Shown piece by piece: positions 39,384-47,548 of a DNA stretch of 64,000 nucleotides. A program made the position numbers and the translations under genes. Numbering within the stretch: the first letter of the stretch is position 1; each line of letters starts with the position of its first letter. The notes beneath the pieces are model-generated. The model saw only the letters and a program-made list of their open reading frames with translations. It had not been told where the DNA came from and searched no databases. This DNA is from Promethearchaeota archaeon (lineage in GTDB: Archaea; Asgardarchaeota; Lokiarchaeia; Sigyniarchaeales; SOKP01), in NCBI GenBank assembly GCA_048941285.1, contig JBHLNS010000003.1, forward strand, positions 3,914 through 67,913, read 5' to 3'.

Positions 39384-39653
39384 TTATTTGCCTTTTGACT
39401 TAGAAACTTCCGTCTTTTCCTCTGTTTTCAAATATCCCCGGAGTAGATAATAACATAAAAGGATTGAGATAAGCTCGACAATAATACTAACAAATGAAAT
39501 GATTGGACCATTATATCCTAAATATCTTAAAAAAATGGCACATGCTAAACCACTAGATGCTAAAATCACAAGAAATAATGCTTTAACTATCTGTGAAAAG
39601 GAACTTATTATATATCCAATTTCTTTTTTAATCCATGATAATACTGAAGCCAT
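39384..39653 (-). CDS. small two-TM membrane protein (89 aa)
   Basis: Two long hydrophobic segments and a charged tail. Same strand as, and downstream of, the giant ORF pair. Confidence 0.4.
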   Translation of the reverse strand: MASVLSWIKKEIGYIISSFSQIVKALFLVILASSGLACAIFLRYLGYNGPIISFVSIIVELISILLCYYLLRGYLKTEEKTEVSKSKGK

Positions 39654-39781
39654 AAGAATCCAATATTTGTATCTAATTTTAGTAAAGTAAGGAAAGAATA
39701 TTTTAATATGTTTTTTATTTCAAGATTAAATTTCAAAATAATATGTAAAAGAATTTAATCATATTATCTTCTTGAAGAGAA

Positions 39782-42172
39782 CTACTTTTTACTTTTAAAC
39801 TTGGTGTACAATGCTTTATCTAGGAACTTTCCAATTTTTATAGCAACCTGATTACCAATTTCATATCTTTCTCCATCGAGTAATTCCTTCTTTTGTCCAG
39901 GAGAAGAAGCAATATTAAGCCTTTTCATTAAAATTTTTTCCGTAATATCAATAACCATTGCTTTAATCTTTCCATAATCAGGTAATTTAATACCTGGATC
40001 AAAATTTTTAATTTTATCTATCGCAAAGTTAAAAAATTCAGAGATTAATTCAATTGGGTCTCCTTTTAATTCACTATGAAGTTTAATATTGTCAGTGGCT
40101 ATTTTCGTGTCTTTTTCCTGCCAGTATAATTGGTTTGGGTTAATTCCAGGACTATTAATTCTCATAAGAGAACTAGTGATTCTCCGTTCAATCCAGTTTA
40201 AAGTGCTTATTTCTTGAACTTCTCGGATTTTTTTAGCCTTCTCCTCTTTTATTTTCTCTTTAGTTTCAATTATACGTTCAACTTCCGCTTTACGACTTTC
40301 TTCGAATTTTTCAAATCTTTTAATTATATCATATCCAATACAATATGATATTGGAGAGATAATGTCAGATTTTAACTTTAATTCCGCAACATCTTGATAT
40401 ATTAAACTGACATTATTTCTTAATTCAGAAACTGCTTCTTTTAAAGAGCTTTCCATCACTCTTGCTAATATAAATCCATTAACTAGAAAAGGTTGGTTGT
40501 TGGCATCAAATACAGTAACTAATTCTTCTTGTCTTTTATTTAATCGCTTAATTATCAATTCCTCAAGTTTTATTTTTATCCACTCTTCTGAATCAGTAGT
40601 ACCGTCAATTTTTTTTAATGCTAACAAAAATAAAGATCTATCATTGGATACCTTAGAATAAACTTCTATTATCCTACTAAGCTGTCTTAAAATCTTAGAT
40701 AAAATATAGAAGAAAATGTCTTTTGCGATTCTGTTTATAATCTCTTCAAATTCTAAAATGAATAATATATGACTGTAATTTTTGAGTTGTAATTCACCTA
40801 AAAAGACTTTATCAATCGCTTGTTTTTTTCTAATGTACTGACGCAAGTTATTAATGTTTATTCCTGCTTTTTCTTCTAAAATTCTTAATAAAGTTTGAGT
40901 TTTACTTGGATCTTGACTCAATATGTTTAATAAATCGAATTCGGAGATCTCTTCGGATTTATTTATAATTTCATTAATATCTTGGAAACACCTCTCAGAA
41001 ATGGCCTTTTTAGCTAAATATATTAAGTTTTGGTCAGCATCATTTAAAGATACTATATCTAACTTTTCTATATTGTATCTAACCAAATTTCTTTTCACTT
41101 GGGCTGTAAGATCTTCATCAACATTTAATAGATGTAGAATGTTGAATACACCATATTTTTTTAGAGTATATATTATATCATCAAATCCACATTCATTTAT
41201 ACATTGTAGGAAGTAGATAAAATCATTCGGCTTTTCTTTAAGCTTTTTAATTAATGTAAATTTTAGAAAATTAAGGATCTTGATTTCAAACTGGTCATAA
41301 TCGATTTTTTCCTCAAGGGCGCTTTCAATTTTATATATAAGATCTTTTTTAAGATTATTTGCTTCAATAAATACTTTTAATCCAGGTATTGAAATGGGAA
41401 ATTTGTTAAAATTATAGTCAATGACTTTTCTCTTTATCATTCTTACAGGCATTGCTTCAATTTGCAGTTCTTTATACGATTTAAATTCAAAATCTGTTCG
41501 GATTTTATCTATCAGTCTTTGTAAGGTTGCTAGTTCTATGAATTTATCTTCCTTTTCTTCCAATTCCAGTTTTTTCTCTAATTCAACAGATATATCTCTA
41601 AAAGCAGCAGATTCTTCTAATATTTCTCTTTTAACTTCATTACCGAGACCTATTAAATCACCTATTAAATCATAAAAGTAGAATTGGGGATAATTTAATA
41701 TGATTTCTTGCAGTTCCCTTTCAAAGTAATCTTCAAGATCTTTCAACATTCTTTGCTTTTGAATATCTTGGATTTCTTCCTTTCTTTCTGCGATCAAAAA
41801 AGAAATAAATCGATTTTCTAAGTCATTTATTTTGTTTAGAAGATTAATTTCTAAACTTAAGGAATTCTTTAATAGTGAATTAACCTCATCTATAATAATT
41901 TCTTTTTCATTGAGTTCTAAACTTTTAGTTGAGTCGTATGTAAATTTATCCTTATCTGTAAGCTTCTGAACTCGGATTCCTAAACTGTGATAAATATGAA
42001 TACTAGCAGTAGCAATCAGTAAATCATTAAAGCTAGTTTTCTGACTAACAAGCTCAAAGATTTTATTTTTGTCAGCTTCCCTTTTAAAATGTGAAATTAT
42101 TAAATCAACGGTTTGAAAAAATCTAAATGTACTTTCAACTGCATCTTTTTTCCTTTTAACACCACTAATCAT
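39782..42172 (-). CDS. orphan large helical protein (796 aa from the second ATG)
   Basis: The ATG at 42172-42170 overlaps the upstream stop as ATGA. A GGTGA SD motif lies 7 nt upstream. No catalytic motif recognised. Confidence 0.7.
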   Translation of the reverse strand: MISGVKRKKDAVESTFRFFQTVDLIISHFKREADKNKIFELVSQKTSFNDLLIATASIHIYHSLGIRVQKLTDKDKFTYDSTKSLELNEKEIIIDEVNSLLKNSLSLEINLLNKINDLENRFISFLIAERKEEIQDIQKQRMLKDLEDYFERELQEIILNYPQFYFYDLIGDLIGLGNEVKREILEESAAFRDISVELEKKLELEEKEDKFIELATLQRLIDKIRTDFEFKSYKELQIEAMPVRMIKRKVIDYNFNKFPISIPGLKVFIEANNLKKDLIYKIESALEEKIDYDQFEIKILNFLKFTLIKKLKEKPNDFIYFLQCINECGFDDIIYTLKKYGVFNILHLLNVDEDLTAQVKRNLVRYNIEKLDIVSLNDADQNLIYLAKKAISERCFQDINEIINKSEEISEFDLLNILSQDPSKTQTLLRILEEKAGININNLRQYIRKKQAIDKVFLGELQLKNYSHILFILEFEEIINRIAKDIFFYILSKILRQLSRIIEVYSKVSNDRSLFLLALKKIDGTTDSEEWIKIKLEELIIKRLNKRQEELVTVFDANNQPFLVNGFILARVMESSLKEAVSELRNNVSLIYQDVAELKLKSDIISPISYCIGYDIIKRFEKFEESRKAEVERIIETKEKIKEEKAKKIREVQEISTLNWIERRITSSLMRINSPGINPNQLYWQEKDTKIATDNIKLHSELKGDPIELISEFFNFAIDKIKNFDPGIKLPDYGKIKAMVIDITEKILMKRLNIASSPGQKKELLDGERYEIGNQVAIKIGKFLDKALYTKFKSKK

Positions 42173-44475
42173 AATTCCTTCACCCATTCCCTATATACTT
42201 CCTTAAAATTATCTGACAACTCGAACCGAGCATTATTATGCCAGAATCTGAAATCTAGCACATGATAAAGATCACTATTAAATAATTCTTTTTCTTCATT
42301 TGTTAAAATATGTTTTAAAATTACTGTTAACGGTCTCGGTACTAATTTTGAAAAATATTTAAGTTCTGTATTTTTTATATAATCATAATACGTCTCATTC
42401 TCATCCAGATTTAAAAAGTTTAAAGGTAAAATATTTTCTGGTTGAGAATTTAGATTATTTAGATCATTTTTTATATTACTTTTCACATAATTCGGAAATT
42501 CGGTATTAATATCAATACTCAGTTCATAATTTTTATAAAATTCAAACAACAAATTTCTCTCTTCTGGATTGGTTAGCTTTGCGATATATGTATCTAAAAA
42601 ATTTAAGAAATTTTCGATTTTTTGCTCATTAGATTCTCTTTCTTCAAAATATCCTATAAAATCATAATAAACTTCGTCTAATGTCCATGCCCTTTGTTCT
42701 TCTGGTCTTAGATACTTTTTAGAATAATCAATGATCCAATTTAGAACATAAAATTTCCATTCTAGATTGATTCCACCTATTCTCTTTTCTAAAAACCTGT
42801 GAAACCTATTTGAAAAGCTAACGGGGTCGCTAATTTCTTTATCAGGTTCTTCTTTTATATAGCGATTTATTGTAGAATGCCTTAAAACGTAACTTAACAA
42901 ATAATTTAATTCGGTTGAAAATTTCTTAAATTTTTCAATATGATTTTTTATGCTATGTATTTTAGATTCCATTTGAATTTCCGCAAAAGAGATTAAATCT
43001 TCTATTTTCAGATCAATATCATTAAAAAATGTATCAATACTCTTGTTAACTAGGAAATTAAACTCTTTTATTAGTTCGCTCTCATTAAATTTAAGATTTC
43101 TATTTAAAAGAAGTGGATGAGTTTCAATTTGGTTAAACAGAAATATCTTAAACTTATTTATTAGCTTTTGTCCTAGATTTTTTGCTGGTTTTTGTTCTAG
43201 GTTAAATTTTTCAAAGATTTTAATCATTAAATCTATTATTAGAGTTTTCAATCGTCGATATGAAAGATATCTTGGAAGAGATACTCTGATTAGATTAAGG
43301 CCTTTATTTATAATTTCTGAAAAGTAGCTAAAAACTGAGCTTAATTCTACTATTCTTAGACTCACTTTTTGAGTCATTGACTGCTTTATAAACTTTTTTG
43401 CTATTTTCCAGATCGGATAAAAATCTATGCTTTCTAATTTTCCTTTATTCAATATAAAGTATTCAAATTTGTTTAATAAATCATCAAGATCCCCCATTTC
43501 CCCTGTGCTAAGAAAATTTTTAGAGTATTCTAGGAATTTATTTAAATGTGTCTCTAGATCAATTAAAAATGAATTTACATTAGAAACAAACCATTCTGCC
43601 GTATGTGGTTCATTTATATTTTTTATTTTTAGTGTAATGTAATTAACTATGAATATAATTATTTCATCCAGAGATTCATCTATAGTACCAGTATTTGCCA
43701 AATTGATTAGATTAGTTCCTAAATTTAATGTCTTATCAACAATAAAATTAACACTTGGCTCTGATATTGAGAATTTAAGATGCTCGATTGCCTGTTGGCC
43801 ACTGAAAGAAGTTTTTATTTTTTGAAATTTTGAATTATACAAATTAATTTCCATAGGCTTTTTATACCATATAAACTCAACATCAGATACAATTCTAGCA
43901 TAGGTGTTTAACAATTCTTCTTCAGTTGGTAAAGTTTTACTTATGCCAATTAACTTCTTGTTCCATTTGTCTTCAACTAGTTCTCCATAAAGTTTCTTAT
44001 TAAATCTCGAAGCAAAGTTATTATATATCTGTTTTTTATTTTCTTTATTTAATTCTGGACGATCAGAAAATTCTTCTACTTCAAAAAAAAGTTTACTTAT
44101 ATTATTCAAAGATTCTCTCGATTTGTGCATATCTAAAACACCAGTCTCTGGTTTCAAAGCAAGTAATAGACTTTCACAATCTTTATATCCACCCGGCATG
44201 AAAATCATTGATTGTGGGTAAATATTTATCCGAGCACTCTTTTCATCAACATTGTATAAATCAAACTCAATACTGAATACTTCTGACCCTGTATAATCTC
44301 TTAAAATTGCATTATACATAGTTAAATATTTAATAACTTCTTGAGATAGTTCATTTACTTTTTCTCTTGTAAGTCTTCCAGGACCAATTACATCTCCAAC
44401 AATCACATCATTTGGAGAAGAATAACCAAATATCAGAGAATACTGATAACTTATAAATTCGCGTGTTGTTATCAT
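42169..44475 (-). CDS. orphan large protein (768 aa): N-terminal alpha/beta segment plus a long helical body
   Basis: 2.3-kb uninterrupted ORF. The first ~120 aa alternate strand-like (SLIFGY, VIVGDVIG, VFSIEF, INIYPQSMIFM, SLLLALK) and helix-like segments. No catalytic motif recognised. Confidence 0.7.
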   Translation of the reverse strand: MITTREFISYQYSLIFGYSSPNDVIVGDVIGPGRLTREKVNELSQEVIKYLTMYNAILRDYTGSEVFSIEFDLYNVDEKSARINIYPQSMIFMPGGYKDCESLLLALKPETGVLDMHKSRESLNNISKLFFEVEEFSDRPELNKENKKQIYNNFASRFNKKLYGELVEDKWNKKLIGISKTLPTEEELLNTYARIVSDVEFIWYKKPMEINLYNSKFQKIKTSFSGQQAIEHLKFSISEPSVNFIVDKTLNLGTNLINLANTGTIDESLDEIIIFIVNYITLKIKNINEPHTAEWFVSNVNSFLIDLETHLNKFLEYSKNFLSTGEMGDLDDLLNKFEYFILNKGKLESIDFYPIWKIAKKFIKQSMTQKVSLRIVELSSVFSYFSEIINKGLNLIRVSLPRYLSYRRLKTLIIDLMIKIFEKFNLEQKPAKNLGQKLINKFKIFLFNQIETHPLLLNRNLKFNESELIKEFNFLVNKSIDTFFNDIDLKIEDLISFAEIQMESKIHSIKNHIEKFKKFSTELNYLLSYVLRHSTINRYIKEEPDKEISDPVSFSNRFHRFLEKRIGGINLEWKFYVLNWIIDYSKKYLRPEEQRAWTLDEVYYDFIGYFEERESNEQKIENFLNFLDTYIAKLTNPEERNLLFEFYKNYELSIDINTEFPNYVKSNIKNDLNNLNSQPENILPLNFLNLDENETYYDYIKNTELKYFSKLVPRPLTVILKHILTNEEKELFNSDLYHVLDFRFWHNNARFELSDNFKEVYREWVKEL

Positions 44476-44893
44476 AATCTAATTTCATTCACTTATATAA
44501 TTGTTAAATTAATCAATTCAAAGGATAATTAACCTAGCTATAAACCTTTAAACTAAATTTATTGCCATGTTAAATATTTTAAGTTTATAAAGTAATAAAA
44601 TTTATTTTTGAATACTAAATAAAGTACGCGTTTAAAAATATTATAGAAGAAATAAGACATTTTTCTAATTAGTTATTCAATCTTTTTTTTTTAAACTAAC
44701 CTAAATTCGATCTATGATTAAAAGAACAAGAGTGCTGAATCACATAATCCATAATTATGATGGCTCTCCAAGTTTTAGGTAATGATGCTCATAATTAAAT
44801 AAAACTTTTAGTTTCGAAAATAAAAATATAATAAGATAAAAATTATTATATTTATAATAATAATAAAATCTAAAGCACAAAAGGTGTGGAGAT

Positions 44894-45298
44894 ATTCAAT
44901 TTGGGTCTGACTTAGGAATCAACCAAGATGATATCGAAAAAATTAGTCCTCAAATTACTTTTATAACTTCAAATGCAGATATTGAGGCCATTGCCCTTGT
45001 ATCTCAAGAAGGTTATCAAATAGCATTTAGTGCATTACCACAATATCATGTTGATGGAGATCAATTTTGTGGGCTCTCAAGTGCCTTATTAATGACTGGA
45101 AGATCAACTATTCAGACATTATTTCAAGAAGATTTGAGTGAAATTATAGTTCGAGCACAAGATGGTTATATAGTGATTACAAATGCAGGTAGATTAGTAA
45201 TTGTGTGTGCAGGAACTATTATTGATACTTTAATGAAAACTGTGAAAGTTATGAGGATTGCTGCTAAAAATCTTTATAAAATTTTCGAAGATCGCTGA
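44894..45298 (+). CDS. Roadblock/LC7 (MglB-like) domain protein, probable non-canonical ATT start
   Basis: The frame is open from 44867. Translation ..IEAIALVSQEGYQIAFS....GDQFCGLSSALLMTGRSTI...EIIVRAQDGYIVITNAGRLVIVCAG fits the Roadblock pattern. The only in-frame ATG (45092) would remove half the domain. GGTGtGGAG lies just upstream of the ATT at 44894. Confidence 0.6.
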   Translation: MQFGSDLGINQDDIEKISPQITFITSNADIEAIALVSQEGYQIAFSALPQYHVDGDQFCGLSSALLMTGRSTIQTLFQEDLSEIIVRAQDGYIVITNAGRLVIVCAGTIIDTLMKTVKVMRIAAKNLYKIFEDR

Positions 45299-45435
45299 TT
45301 TAATTTACTTTTTCAATAATTTAGCAGATTTTTCTAATATTATAATTCTCTAGACGTTTGAAAATCTTATTGGCCAAGAAAATCTTAAAATTAAAGCATC
45401 TTTTAATAATTAAAATTATTTTAATATGATCATTT

Positions 45436-46464
45436 TTGAATGCTCTTTCGATAATAATTCTTAGTTATTTATATGTTTACAGCATAATTATTCTCTATAT
45501 TACTTATTTAGCAAAAAAGAAAAGAGAAACTGGTGCTTATATAAATAATTTAGTCAATGCCTTAATTCTTATTATATCTCTCACAATAAATGTAATTCTA
45601 ATAAACATATTTAACCTCTATGACAGAGAATTCATTAACTTTCCCTTTAACATTTTAACGATTGCATTTATCTTATTTTTTTTACCAATGTTTTATCTAT
45701 TTATTTATCGAGAAAAATCTAAAATTAAAACCAACAAAAGAAGGAATAGGTACCTTGAATCTCAACAATTCACAGAACTACCTCTCAAATACGATATATA
45801 TAGAAAATTAAGCCATTTTGTTGCATTAGGAATAATTTTTTTCTATTTTACTTTAGGGTTTATACTTCAAAACTTTTTAATAATTGTCGAAGGAGATATA
45901 ATGATTTTTTCCCAGTCCTTAGTTGTCTTTTTAGTAATGATATCTTTGATAGGCCTTTTAACCGCTGATTTTATTCGGATATTAACGCCTAAATTTTATC
46001 CATTAAAACAAGTTAATCAAATATTAAGAGAAAAAGAACTACATATGAGGTTAGGCCCTCATATTTCTATGAGCATCGGATGTTTTTCAATAATTTTATT
46101 ATTTGGCATAATTCAACCCATTGGGCCCATAATAATCTGTACTTCTATGGCAATGTCTATTTTTGGAGATGTTACAGCAAATTTAGTAGGACGAACTATA
46201 GGTAGCAGAAAGATTAGAAAAACAAACAAAACTTATGAAGGTTTGATAGGGGGTATAATTGCTGCCTTTTTATCAGGCGTGATTGTGTTATTAATATTAA
46301 GAAATTATTATAGATTCAGTATTTTAGGATTATTACTAATTCCTTTTATAGGAATATTAATAATTGGAATAATAGATTATTTGGATTTAGAGATTGACGA
46401 CAATTTAACATTTAATTTTTGTGTATCGACAATATTATTTTTTTGTTCATTTTTAATATTATAA
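45436..46464 (+). CDS. CTP-dependent polyprenol (dolichol) kinase / cytidylyltransferase-family membrane protein
   Basis: TTG start. Polytopic. The C-terminal signature ..FGDVTANLVGRTIGSRKI..TNKTYEGLIGGIIAAF resembles the CdsA/Sec59 family motif. Confidence 0.5.
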   Translation: MNALSIIILSYLYVYSIIILYITYLAKKKRETGAYINNLVNALILIISLTINVILINIFNLYDREFINFPFNILTIAFILFFLPMFYLFIYREKSKIKTNKRRNRYLESQQFTELPLKYDIYRKLSHFVALGIIFFYFTLGFILQNFLIIVEGDIMIFSQSLVVFLVMISLIGLLTADFIRILTPKFYPLKQVNQILREKELHMRLGPHISMSIGCFSIILLFGIIQPIGPIIICTSMAMSIFGDVTANLVGRTIGSRKIRKTNKTYEGLIGGIIAAFLSGVIVLLILRNYYRFSILGLLLIPFIGILIIGIIDYLDLEIDDNLTFNFCVSTILFFCSFLIL

Positions 46465-46505
46465 GAGAATTATCATAAATTTTTTCAATCAAGATAGTTT
46501 TTTTT

Positions 46506-47018
46506 ATGAAAATGTTAGAAGAAAAATTGAAAATTGATAAAATATCTAAGGGTACAGTTATTGATCATATAGATGCCGGATATGCTATAACAATACTCAA
46601 TCTTACTGGCTTGGATGAATCTAAAAATTTAATGACAATTGGGGTTAATGTTTTATCAAAAAAATATCAAACAAAAGATATAATTAAAATTGAGAATGTT
46701 TTTTTAAATGAAACTCAAATGCAACAAATATCTATATTATCTCCTAATGCTACAATTTCCCTAATTGAAAATTATAAAGTGATTGAAAAAAAAAAGGTGG
46801 AACTCCCCCAGATAATTAAAAAATTAATCTTATGTGTAAACCAAACATGTATTACTAATTCAGAAAAAGAGCCTATAGACACTGAATTCTTAGTTTTAGA
46901 AGAAAAACCTTTAAAAATTCAATGCATTTACTGTGAACGTATATATAAATTAGAAGAAATCGTTTTCACTTCAAAAGAAAAGAAAGAAATGAAAGTAAAA
47001 CAAAGAATTCAATTATAA
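46506..47018 (+). CDS. pyrI: aspartate carbamoyltransferase regulatory chain
   Basis: ..LKIDKISKGTVIDHIDAGYAITILNL.. and the C-terminal zinc domain CVNQTC....CIYCER. Confidence 0.8.
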   Translation: MKMLEEKLKIDKISKGTVIDHIDAGYAITILNLTGLDESKNLMTIGVNVLSKKYQTKDIIKIENVFLNETQMQQISILSPNATISLIENYKVIEKKKVELPQIIKKLILCVNQTCITNSEKEPIDTEFLVLEEKPLKIQCIYCERIYKLEEIVFTSKEKKEMKVKQRIQL

Positions 47019-47035
47019 AGAGAAATAAAATAATT

Positions 47036-47476
47036 CTATAAAAAAATTTCAAGAACAGAAGAAAAATTTGGAATAAAATTAAGTATTGTATGAAAAAGCA
47101 CACCCACGATCATAAATAAGAAAAAAAAAATACCAATCCCTGGCTTTATAATATTCTTCCAATTCCACTCTTCTTTGTCGTATTCATATTTTAGAATATT
47201 AAAACTAACGATAAACGGGAATAAAAACCACCATAATAACATCCACATTAACATAAACCAACCAATTAATCCAAAAAATAAACGCCCTACAAATGCACTT
47301 AACGCTCCAGTAAGCGCTCGAATCCAATAAAGTTTTGTTTCTCTCTCAATTCGTAGATCAAATGATTTTAATGGTTTCTTTTCAACTTGAATTGATTGTT
47401 TTTTTTGTTCTTTCCTTTTCTCTTTTAAAAGGCGTTGTCTTCTTTTCTTAATATCTATCTTCTTGCGCTTTCCCAT
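47036..47476 (-). CDS. small membrane protein with a basic N-terminal tail
   Basis: Lys/Arg-rich first 40 aa followed by 2-3 TM segments rich in W/F/G. Confidence 0.45.
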   Translation of the reverse strand: MGKRKKIDIKKRRQRLLKEKRKEQKKQSIQVEKKPLKSFDLRIERETKLYWIRALTGALSAFVGRLFFGLIGWFMLMWMLLWWFLFPFIVSFNILKYEYDKEEWNWKNIIKPGIGIFFFLFMIVGVLFHTILNFIPNFSSVLEIFL

Positions 47477-47548
47477 AATTATTATTATAAATATTATTTA
47501 TTATAAAAATCATTATGCATTATTAATAAACTACAAATCAAACCTAAT

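Noticed and set aside
40923-41216. Antisense or overlapping short ORFs listed in the track. Examples: 2318-2503, 4119-4310, 6059-6253, 10322-10516, 12014-12214, 13157-13351, 13696-13911, 14804-15082, 15631-15864, 18274-18474, 18915-19154, 21594-21944, 21973-22200, 24807-25106, 26041-26277, 29450-29638, 30253-30444, 31537-31719, 39499-39690, 40923-41216, 41421-41675, 43427-43642, 47494-47712, 48025-48234, 48547-48732, 48784-48981, 49372-49620, 51884-52069, 53497-53838, 54763-54975, 55197-55427, 56140-56433, 56605-56790, 57354-57584, 58515-58739.
   Set aside because: Each lies inside or opposite a longer gene with recognisable family motifs. Their translations are low-complexity I/F/L/S/K strings, as expected from the reverse strand of AT-rich coding DNA.
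44728-44800. C-box-like words (ATGATGG, AATGATGC) and a CTGA in the intergenic region upstream of the Roadblock gene.
   Set aside because: The box order and spacing are wrong: CTGA precedes the C-like boxes and there is no terminal D box or stem.
30677-44900. Integrated virus or plasmid targeting tRNA-Arg.
   Set aside because: I recognised no integrase, capsid, replication or partition genes, and saw no duplicated tRNA fragment. I kept it only as a low-confidence variable-island finding.
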